A program made the position numbers and the translations under genes. DNA of 64,000 bases from Pecten maximus (Eukaryota). The stretch lies in assembly GCF_902652985.1 (NCBI RefSeq), contig NC_047016.1, positions 19,034,001-19,098,000 of the forward strand, given 5' to 3'. Below the pieces are notes generated by a model. It did no database searches and was not told where the DNA came from. It saw only the letters and a program-made list of their open reading frames with translations. Shown piece by piece: positions 38,601 through 50,600 of the stretch (position 1 is its first letter; each line of letters begins with the position of its first letter).

Positions 38601-41600
38601 TCATACCTCTATCAATGTTTATCATCACGACATTTATGACACACACAATATGTACAAATATGATTACATAAAGTCCAGTAACTTTAGAACACATGTACAA
38701 TATCCACACACATGGGCAGTCTTGGTAAAGATTGATCTATACTTTGAACTAATGGTACACAACTATTCAGCGTCAATTGGCAAAAAAAAAAAAAAAAAAA
38801 TTAAAAATTAAGAAAGATTTTAATTGGCTTTTTCAGATAACAAAGCTATTTACAGTGAACTTCCCACAGTCCATTCTACTACATACATGTAAATTCCCAA
38901 GATCTTTATACCAAAGAAATGTCCCATCAACACACAAAACTTCCACAATTCACATAATACATTTCCTCTAGACATAATAACACTACAATTCAAAAGTCCA
39001 CATATACATGTACATTACAATTGTATTTCTATTGGCACATATTAACACTGACACTCCTTTCACAGTAAATGTTGGCAGACTCCCAGATATTAGGGACCAG
39101 CTTATTTAACTGGTCCACTTGCTTTTTTGTTAATTTTCCCACCCTGAGATATTTAATCGTGTCCTAACACGGAGAAGCTGGGAACACAGGAGTACAGGGT
39201 TACTCTAGGTACTGGTGTACAACATAGGACATGCAAAATGGCTGACTTACAGAATGTACGGCGTTAGACATAACTGGTGCCGCCTGTGGATAGATACGAG
39301 GTCAGTAACAAAACATCAGGGCAATAATCACCAATCCTGAGATAAAAACGTGTGTGGCATTAAAATAACGAATACTGTGGAAATAACCCATCACAGTCAG
39401 GGATGGTGATGGAAAACTTAGGCTCCAGGCCTTAGTGTCAAACACTGACAAGAACCGAGCATTGAGGTGTTGTGAATTAGATCAAAGTTTGCAATATACC
39501 ATAAATATGGAAATAAATTTTGTGTACATGTATATATATGATACCAGCACTGCACTGAACCAATTAAAGCAGAAAAGCACAAGTGCTGAATCTAACAGAG
39601 AATGTAATATTTGGACATACAGCTAGCAGATATTTTCTAATGAACATAAGAGAGAACCACAACATTCTATAAAACCTGCAAGAAATTTTGAGGTTAAAAA
39701 ATATTGATCAATCAGAATCTAGAGTGGACATCTTGGATTTCTTATCTTGTTTAAATCATGTGACACAGGGAACATTATTTTCGTATATTAGGAATCAAAA
39801 TGGTCATCTAGAATCTAATAAACAAAGCTGTGTCAGCCAAACAGGCACCAGATTTAAATATCTGTTTTTACTTACTCATGAGAATTACTTACTCATAAGA
39901 ATTTGTCCATCAACCTAATTATAGTGTAGCACAATAGAAGTTTAATGTACCTAAATTTTGAGAATTTGATGTAAATATACTGTCATATTTTACCTTTTCC
40001 TTGATGCCAGCCCAAATATCTTTTCCACCTTTTTGGAATTTATTACCCTGCTTCTGTAAAACAGATATTTATAATAACATGAGAAGTAAGTTTATTTATA
40101 GCTACACAAAATTGTATAATTTCTACAGCAAAATACAAACCAAGCATTGGTATTTTTACATGATTAGATATCTATTAATCCTATTAAAACTGTTCCAACC
40201 TTGTTCCATGATGATCTGAATTTTATAAAGATATACATATATATTAGGTTCAAGTATCTTTATATCTCCATCATCATTTGAGAAATGCTGCTGTTGGAGA
40301 GTCCCCTGCGTTTAGCTCGGTAAAAATGTCTCGCACAGGTCTCTTTCTCCTCTTTCACTCATTTATTTTCTTCTCTTTTATTCCTTCATTCATTTATTCT
40401 CTCATTCCCATGTATTCAATAAATGAAATATTGTCAGCGAAATCTATGTTGTAGAAAGTCAATTTTGGAACACAACTGAGCATAGAACTTGTTTGGTATA
40501 CAAACTTACCTTCATATTCGAGAGCCACTCCTTATAACGTGACTGAGTATTGAGCTTGTCTGCATTTTGCAGGGCCTCGGCCTCAAATATGTCGCTGAAC
40601 CCCTGGCCGCAGTTGAGCATGTCTAAACGTTCGTTGATAAACTATGAAATAGATGCATTAGTGTTGGAAATCAGTTTTAAAGTTAACACTGATCTTAATT
40701 TTTTTCAAAAAAACAATGGACAGTCGATTATTGATAAATCAGAAACAACAATTTACAATACATTCATAAAATGGGGGAAAATATGGTTGATCTAGCTATG
40801 TTTGAATATTTTTTTAATATATTTTGATGTTAATTTATCAGTTATTTCCTTCTTTTAATCATCTCTCAAATGTAAAAGATTCCATGTTACAGTCAAACCA
40901 CGATTGATCAGAGAAAATCATGATCAATAAGACATGGAGATATAGTGACTAATCATGGTTTAAATTGATTAATCAGAACAACACTAAATCATAGATTTTG
41001 CCTTCTTATGTATCATTTATCCTCTTATGTTACATACAAAATGTAGATACAAATTAATCCTCCAATATTATATAGATACCAACGCCCACTCTTACATTCT
41101 TGTACATTAATAAATACTGATCTGTTCCCACTTGATTTAGAACCCTGATTACACAATGTACAGCAGTGATTAGTATACCAGTTACCTGTTGAAATATTTG
41201 GAGTTGAAGCATGTTCTCTAGGAATGGCTGCATGGATTGAGGTCTTGAGAGCACAAATGCTTCCGGGTCAAAGGTTATAGGTTCTCCAGATTTGAATCGC
41301 AGTGCATCTCTGTAGCCACCTGTCAAAAGGACCAATTCACAAATAAGAGGACAATCATAAAAAAAACAAGGAAACTAATTAGATTGTTACAGTTAGAACA
41401 CCCTGGAACATTAGGCTATCAGTCCAGTATTGTATGTTTTACATACTGTGTATACTGGAAGTGTTCAGCTTACCTATCAATCGGACTAAAGCCATAAGGA
41501 ATGTTCTGGGGATGGCGTCACCTGATGTCTGCATGGACATCCTCACTTTATCTGTCTTCAGATGGCGCTTCAGATAGGAGGACTACAAAGTTAAACAATT

Positions 41601-44600
41601 GTATACATACACTTTATTAAACATCAGAGATATATATAACTCATTCTTATCCATACTGTACTGGAGCAGATCCCTCAGGTTATAGTACAACAATTGAATT
41701 GATGATTCATGAACTCGCTAAACTGCAGGGCAGATCATCCAGGATGTCGTACTCAGATTGTACAGTATTGCTGCCGATACTACAGAGGATACTCACTATA
41801 TAAGAGAGTAGATCCTTGAAGTAGTAATACTCAGACTGTATGGTACTGTTGCCATTACTAGAGGATACTCACTATATCGGCGGGCAGATCCTCTAAGTCA
41901 TCGTACTCAGACTGTATGGTACTGTTGCCGTTACTAGAGGATACTCACTATATCGGCGGGCAGATCCTCTAAGTCATCGTACTCAGACTGTATGGTACTG
42001 TTGCCATTACTAGAGGATACTCACTATATCGGCGGGCAGATCCTCTAAGTCATCGTACTCAGACTGTCTGGTACTGTTGCCATTACTAGAGGATACTCAC
42101 TATATCGGCGGGCAGATCCTCTAAGTTATTGTACTCAGATTGTATGGTACTGTTGCCATTACTAGAGGATACTCACTATATCGGCGGGCAGATCCTCTAA
42201 GTCATCGTACTCAGACTGTATGGTACTGTTGCCGTTACTAGAGGATACTCACTATATCGGCGGGCAGATCCTCTAAGTCATCGTACTCAGACTGTATGGT
42301 ACTGTTGCCATTACTAGAGGATACTCACTATATCGGCGGGCAGATCCTCTAAGTCATCGTACTCAGACTGTCTGGTACTGTTGCCATTACTAGAGGATAC
42401 TCACTATATCGGCGGGCAGATCCTCTAAGTTATTGTACTCAGATTGTATGGTACTGTTGCCATTACTAGAGGATACTCACTATATCGGCGGGCAGATCCT
42501 CTAAGTCATCGTACTCAGATTGTATGGTACTGTTGCCATTACTAGAGGATACTCACTATATCGGCGGGCAGATCCTCTAAGTCATCGTACTCAGACTGTA
42601 TGGTACTGTTGCCATTACTAGAGGATACTCACTATATCGGCGGGCAGATCCTCTAAGTCATCGTACTCAGATTGTATGGTACTGTTGCCATTACTAGAGG
42701 ATACTCACTATATCGGCGGGCAGATCCTCTAAGTCATCGTACTCAGACTGTATTGTATTGTTGTCTACATCCACTATGATGGCATCACCCATTTCCGACA
42801 TCTTCATTTTCTGTAGGAGCATTCAACAAGAAACATTGAAAGGGCAGTAACTCTTTCCAAAATGTATAAATATCAAAATGTTGCTTTAATAAAAGGCACA
42901 ACTATGTCTCATGATAATTGAGCCTACTTATATAATTAGTTATAGCTCAAAAGGTCTTAGACTGTTGCTAGTACATTTAACTGGCATATCAAATACCGCC
43001 AACCTTATGTGGTGTTTCTTACCTGCATCAGTGTAGAGTGTATCCCTATCACATATGGCATTGGAGCACTGAAATAGAAGTATTATTATAAGCCCTTCTT
43101 AACTCTACAGTAAAATATTTAATCAAGAAGTCATAATGTTTATACTATACTTTCCAAAATTACTCCATGAACTTTGGAATGAATACATAATGTTGGATAC
43201 AAAACAGGTAAGTTAGATGGCTGAAGCTGGACACATGTACTTGATTAATTACAAATTATAAATAGTAAGCAGTATTCTAAGAAATAATTTTATACAATGT
43301 AAAACAGAACTTGGTGATTACTAGCATGATTTACCTGAGGTAATCTATCAGGTGAGCTGGAAGTATGGGGATGAAGAGATGCTGCCAGAACATAGGGTAG
43401 AGTAGAGACACTGAGGCATGGATACAGGCAGTCAGGCGTGACAGGCGACGGGATGTCACCACGATTCTCCTCTCATTCAGCATACTACAAAAAACAGATT
43501 AACAAGAGTGGCTATCACTATACCTGGTAATTACACAATAACGCAGGTGAACAAGAGTGGCTATCACTATATCAGGTAATTACACAATAACACAGGTGAA
43601 TGAGAATGGTTATCACTATACCTGGTAATTATACAATAACGCAGGTGAACGAGAGTGGCTATCACTTTACCTGGTAATTATACAATAACGCAGGTGAACG
43701 AGAGTGGCTATCACTATACCTGGTAATTACACATTAACACAGGTGAATGAGAGTGGCTATCACTATACCTGGTAATTACACAATAACACAGGTGAACGAG
43801 AGTGGCTATCACTATACCTGGTAATTACACATTAACACAGATGAACGAGAGTGGCTATCACTATACCTGGTAATTACACATTAATACAAGTTCAGACTGG
43901 AGAATCTTACCTTGCAAACACAATCATCATGTTGGCAGTATCTAGGGCATTGTAATACTCAGTTAAGTTTCTCTGTAAACAGAAAACAGAACAAACCATT
44001 AGTTTCCAATCATTTTTGTGCTAACATTAAATATTAGACTTTGTGTGCTGTGATTTAAGTTATTTGTTAGAGTTGTAACTACATATTTGGAAGACAAGCT
44101 TGATAATTTGTCCTGTACAGTAGATTAATAATCCCCAATAAGATGTGAAAATGCATGCGGTCACCTGCCTGACCACGTGGGTTTTCCCCCAAGTACATGT
44201 AATCTTCTTTCTTCCCAATATAACACCCCTTGTACACCTCCATACAGGCCAACAAGAGTGATTGATTAATTCAAAAGTCGATATGAATGATGTTGCAATT
44301 GTTGTAAATTAACTAAAGTTTACATTACCCTAAAACTTGAAATGTTCATTGCTGTTTTTGTGGTTGTGGTTGATTGGGACATCATGTCGTGACTGAACAT
44401 AAAAATTCAAATACTTGACTGCTATTTGTATTATGGGGAGGGGGTGTATCCATGGATATTTGTAGAATAAAACAATCTAAACAACTTGCAACCATGATGG
44501 GAAGTAGGTATCATATTATACAGTACCTGTCAAGGTTGTACTTACATTTGAAGGTATACTTGGTAATTTGTTTATTTCTGGTGCAGTAAAATTCATCATC

Positions 44601-47600
44601 TGTGTATGAAAGAAATAAAATTTAGGTTGCTACAATCATTAATATGTTTGATTTTTATTTCCATGTTTTTTCTAAGATATGTTTACACGATTACCTAAGA
44701 TACATTAACATGATTGCCAAGATATAAACATCTTAGGCACAGTTTTGGCCAGTATACATACTTCCTGGTTGGCTGCTATAGTAACTGGTACCCCCGGAGC
44801 TGGGACATCCTGGACATAGGCAGCTCTCAAAAAGGAAGTCATATCTCTTTCGTAGTTGTGGTTCAACATCTCTGCCAACTGGTTCAGCAGATTGTAAAAG
44901 ATCTCGAACCAGGGGAAGTAACTGCAAAATAGCATAAGGTAAAGCAAACAAGCGGAAAATAAAACAGCATGTGTTAAACCCATCATGTTTAACAAAATAA
45001 TAATAAAATACATAACAATTATGGTAACAGTTTAGAAAACTTACCTGACGATACACAGACATGTTTGGGCTCCAGTTGCGTGGCGACAAAAGACAAACTT
45101 GAGTGTGCTATTTATCTCTGTAAGCACGAATGTGAAGTGGTCCACTGTCGTCCTGTAAAGGGGGCGATAATAAAAGTTAGTATGGTCTGTCTCAAGGTTT
45201 ATCAAAAACTGTCATCCTGTATACCGGTAGGGGGCGATAATGAAAGTAAGCATGGTCTTTCTCAAGGTTTATCAAAAACTGTTGTCCTGTATAGGGGGCA
45301 ATAATAAAAGTAAGCATGGTCTTTCTAAGGTTTATAAAAAACGGTCGTCCTTTACAGGGGGCGATCATCAAAGTTAGCGTGGTCTTTCTGAAGGTTTATC
45401 AAAAACTAATGTCCTGTATATATAGGGAGCGATAATAAAGTTAGCATGGTCTTTCTAAGGTTTATGAAAAACTGTCGTCCTGTATAGGGGGCGATAATAA
45501 AAGTTAGTGAGGTCTTTCTAAGGTTTATCAAAAACAGTCGTCCTGTATAGGGGGTGATTATCAAAGTTAGCATGGTCTTTCTAAGGTTTAACAAAAACGG
45601 TCGTCCTGTATAGGGGCGATAATAAAAGCTAGTGTGGTCTTCCTTTATCAAAAATGGATGATCAGTCTCCTGGATATCTACTTTGGTAGGCCTTAAAATG
45701 TGTATTTGCTGTACAGATTGATAAGTTTTACTTTGCATGGGTAAAGAAATATAGCATGACTAAAGAAAAATAATTATGGCACAAAAGGGAATGGAAAAAA
45801 TCCATCAAATAATTGCTCATAAAAAATTCTTTAAAACCATAAAATTATGCATTGTCTAAAACATTTATCAAACAAAACAAACAAAACCTATGCCAATAAA
45901 ACATATAATGATAATATATATGAGACCATTATTGTATATAAATAAATTACAAAATTTGAAAACTAAAATTTATAAAACTATTCATCAAGTCATTCCTTCA
46001 ATATCTAATAATTTTTGATGACTTTTTATAAAGGAATTAGACTTTTTGAAAAGCTAACATGGATTAAATATATATTGACTGATTATAAAATACAAACTAG
46101 AAATAAGACAAAAGTAAATATGTAAAACAAGAAAGCAGTGGCTGACTATGATAATTTGCAGAGATGTATATGATTTAGAAAGTCTTTCTGGTAAAGACTG
46201 ATAGTGTTAGTTTACTAAACTAAAACTAAACTAAACAATTCTTAATTCGTTTTATCAGGATTGTACCATTAAAATGATGAAAATGAAATCATATTGATAT
46301 CCTGCTGTATTAGATATACACAGTAGACTTGGGTTAATTTATGTCACACATTCAGAAGCTTACAACAGACAATATTATACATATATAACCACTGTACAGG
46401 TATATGTGGGTAGAGAAGATGTTGTGTGGACTATATGGAATAACAAGTTTAATGTCACATCAATCTATAACAAAATGTCTTGGCAGATGGAGAGTTAGAA
46501 GATGAAATAACAGGTTAACTATTACTTTGGTCTATAGCCGAGTGTCTGGGGCCGAGTGTCTGGGGTCGAGTGTCTGGGGCAGAGTGTCTGGGGAGATGGG
46601 GAGTCAGATGATGTAATGACAGGCTTACTATAACTTTGGTCTATAGCCGAGTGTCTGGGGCCGAGTGTCTCTGGAGATGGGGAGTCAGATGATGTAATGA
46701 CAGGCTTACTATTACTTTGGTCTATAGCCGAGTGTCTGGGGCCGAGTGTCTCTGGAGATGGGGAGTCAGACGATGTAATGACAGGCTTACTATTACTTTG
46801 GTCTATAGCCGAGTGTCTGGGGCCGAGTGTCTCTGGAGATGGGGAGTCAGATGATGTAATGACAGGCTTACTATTACTTTGGTCTATAGCCGAGTGTCTG
46901 GGGCCGAGTGTCTGGGGAGATGGGGAGTCAGAGGATGTAATGACAGGCTTACTATTACTTTGGTCTATAGCCGAGTGTCTGGGGCCGAGTGTCTGGGGCC
47001 GAGTGTCTGTGGAGATGGGGAATCAGACTATGTAATGACAGGCTTACTATTACTTTGGTCTATAGCCGAGTGTCTGGGGCCGAGTGTCTGGGGGGCCGAG
47101 TGTCTGGGGCCGAGTGTCTGGGGCTGAGTGTCTGGGGAGATGGGAAGTCAGAAGATGTGATGAGAGGCTTACTATCACTTTCATCAACAGCAGAGTGTCT
47201 GGGGTGATGGGGAGTCAGAGGATGTTATGACAGACTTACTATTACTTTGGTCTATAGCCGAGTGTCTGTGGAGATGGGGAGTCAGAGGATGTTATGACAG
47301 ACTTACTATTACTTTGGTCTATAGCCGAGTGTCTGTGGAGATGGGGAGTCGGACGACGTAATGACAGGCTTACTATTACTTTGGTCTATAGCCGAGTATC
47401 TGGGGCTGAGTGTCTGGGGAGATGGGAAGTCAGAAGATGTGATGAGAGGCTTACTATCACTTTCATCAACAGCAGAGTGTCTGGGGTGATGGGGAGTCAG
47501 AGGATGTTATGACAGACTTACTATTACTTTGGTCTATAGCCGAGTGTCTGTGGAGATGGGGAGTCAGAGGATGTTATGACAGACTTACTATTACTTTGGT

Positions 47601-50600
47601 CTATAGCCGAGTGTCTGTGGAGATGGGGAGTCAGAGGATGTGATGACAGACTTACTATTACTTTGGTCTATAGCTGAGTGTCTGTGGAGATGGGGAGTCA
47701 GACGACGTAATGACAGACTTACTACTTTGGTCTATAGCCGAGTGTCTGGGAAGATAGGGAGTCAGAGGACAGAATAACAGGTTTACTGTCACATATGTCT
47801 CTGGCCGAGTGTCAGTATATAGCCCTTGGAAGGCAATTAATTGATAAAAGTCTTGTTTTGTTAATCTATGTTCATGTGTTTTAGGATTGTAATACAGAAC
47901 TTATCTAACTTATATAGTTACTTTGCCACCTCCAACGATAGGAGCACATCATTTATTTAGTATGTTTAATAAACTCCATATTAAATTATTACTGATTTAT
48001 TTATCCATAACACCTTTACCAGTCAAACATCAGAAAATTATCAATTTGATAAAGACTCAGTGCAATGAACATTCTTCAAATGTGATGATATAATTTCAAG
48101 TTACTTTACTTTTATATTGACCAATCAAATTGGTATTTACTATCTATTTCATCCAAAGCCACAGGTTTTCTGTTCAACAGCCAAAGATGCTATCTAAACT
48201 AAATGCCAGTTTCTCTTTATCACTAAGATAATACTGTTTAAGATGATACCATTGTAAGCCAATCATATACCAGGTAGGAGATAATGGAAGAACTGTGTCG
48301 AGTAGACCATTCAACAATCAAATTAATAGAATATCAAATTATATTATACAACGGCAGAATGTGGAAACATTAGCATCCTGTCGCACACTTGTAAAATATT
48401 ACTGGTTTTTAAGGGAAAGCCATGAAATATCTTATATATACATTATATATGTCTGAATGAACTTTGAGTGTCGGTCGTTGATTTGTTTGTAAATATTAAA
48501 CCAACATATAAATAAATCACCACAGTCTACAATGCTGACACTTTTCTGACCCAAATTACTTAAGTGGTATAATGAACATGGTCTAATTTGTGTTCAAATA
48601 CTGACCAATCATGAATATCATACTACAAAACGCTCTTCGCAAAAATTAAATGTCTTGAAACATGAAAATCTTTTTTAATTCTGAGCCTACTCCTATTGAA
48701 GGCATTCAGTATCTGCTATGAGGTAATTAATTCATTTCATGAACAACTCACAGAATGTGTATATTGACCTAAAACCCTACGGTTAACCTCATAATATGTT
48801 TCTTATCTATAAATAGTAAAACTCAATACCACCCAGCATTGCAGACTGTGACAATTGGCTAATTTAAGCCATATCTCATGAACAATGTTTTCATATTTTC
48901 CCTTCCCCTTCAAATTATTTTTTTCATTATCATATTTATCTGCAAATAAGCCCCTGTCCACAAATACATCGATTTTAAAATATTAAGCTAAAAATAGTCC
49001 CCAAACTTTACTGCTGACTTTTAACAATGGGGAGGGGGCTTATATAAGAATAGTTATTGTAAGACTACATGGTAAAATGTCTCCCCCATGTCAATGTTTG
49101 GTGTTTTATATGTTGATGAGATACAGCTTGTGATAAGTCTGATGACACAAAGAAATAACTAAAGACAGAAAGGTGTACCACCATGACAGGTAAAGGTGGT
49201 GGTACGCAGCTCAGAAAACTTACGTGTACCTTTCAGTGTCGCATGGAAACGCAAATTTGGGAACAGACTTAAGAACTTCCTGTATGAAATAGATTGCAGT
49301 GTTAACAAACATATATAGCAAATAAAATCAAACAATAAAACAATGATCAAGCTAATACCTTTTTACCTGCTTGTCATTAAAGTCCCTCTCCTCAGAGTTC
49401 TCGTAAAAACAGGTAAAACCATCAGAATCATTTGGAGCAGATTTTTGCTGCTACTAATTAATGAAATGAATATATATTCTCTCATGTGGAAAACAGATTT
49501 ATTTTCTACAAACCAGACAATTTACCTCCCTTTATGATCCCCTATCTGGGATTATCTCACACTATAAAAGTTAACTCCCTTTATGATCAGCTATGTTGGA
49601 TTATCTTACACTATAAAAGTTACCTCTAAATTAAGTACATTATCTTAACAATCTAATCAAAATATAGATGCTCATTCCCACTACGTTACATGAACATCTA
49701 ATGACCATTTCAGTACAGCATGTATGCCTCATTAGACGAAATGACTTGAAACAGATTGACAGATTAAGTAATTTATGCACTCTAGTCATGCTATTTTGCA
49801 CTTACAAAATTCACTTCCAAGATTCTGTAAGTAGTAATTTGATTGATTAATCCAAAAGGTCATTCTGACATGAAACGACGACTATTAACTTACCTGTTTA
49901 CTCACCTGTCCACTACCGATATCTTACAGGTTAAGTATGTACTCTACCTGGTAGTAAAGTCTTGATCATGTAAACTAATGCTTGATAAATTCCAATTAAA
50001 TCTATATTTTTAAACAGTCATATATAGCACACAGTACTTCAATTCTAACATGTTGTTACAATATCAAAATATGGGGTTCATTATGTAAATAATACTCCTA
50101 TCATGAAGACTTTTAGTTAAATGGCCCCGACAGATACATCACTGCTACTTACCTCATCGCCATAGTCAGCAGGATACCTTTGTATTAAAAAGGGTTCTGT
50201 AATGATAAAATGTATTTCATTTTTGTAGACATGAACTGATTATATATATTTGATAAATTGTTATCAATTTTTTCATCTGTGTGATAAAAACAATCTGAAA
50301 TTTATTTCCATTTTATAACAAGATTTATAAAATGTCAGTCAATTTTTCATTTGATCACACCTTAGTTGTGTTAAATAAGGAAATTCCACCAGGTATTATA
50401 CCTATATATATATAGGAGTAGGCAAAGTCTGTTTTTTGTTATTTTTTATACATCCACCTTCGCAAGGACAGATTTCAATTTCTTATATATATATATATAT
50501 ACATCTCTGTTACTGGGTGATACTACTGTATGTAAACTCATGTAAGACTCTATACATCTCAGTTACTGGGTGATACTACTGTATGTAACCTCATGTAAGA

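Noticed and set aside
46697-47512. ORFs with repeated MTGLLLLWSIAECLG resembling signal peptides
   Set aside because: Translation of the 81-bp minisatellite, antisense within a DENND1 intron.
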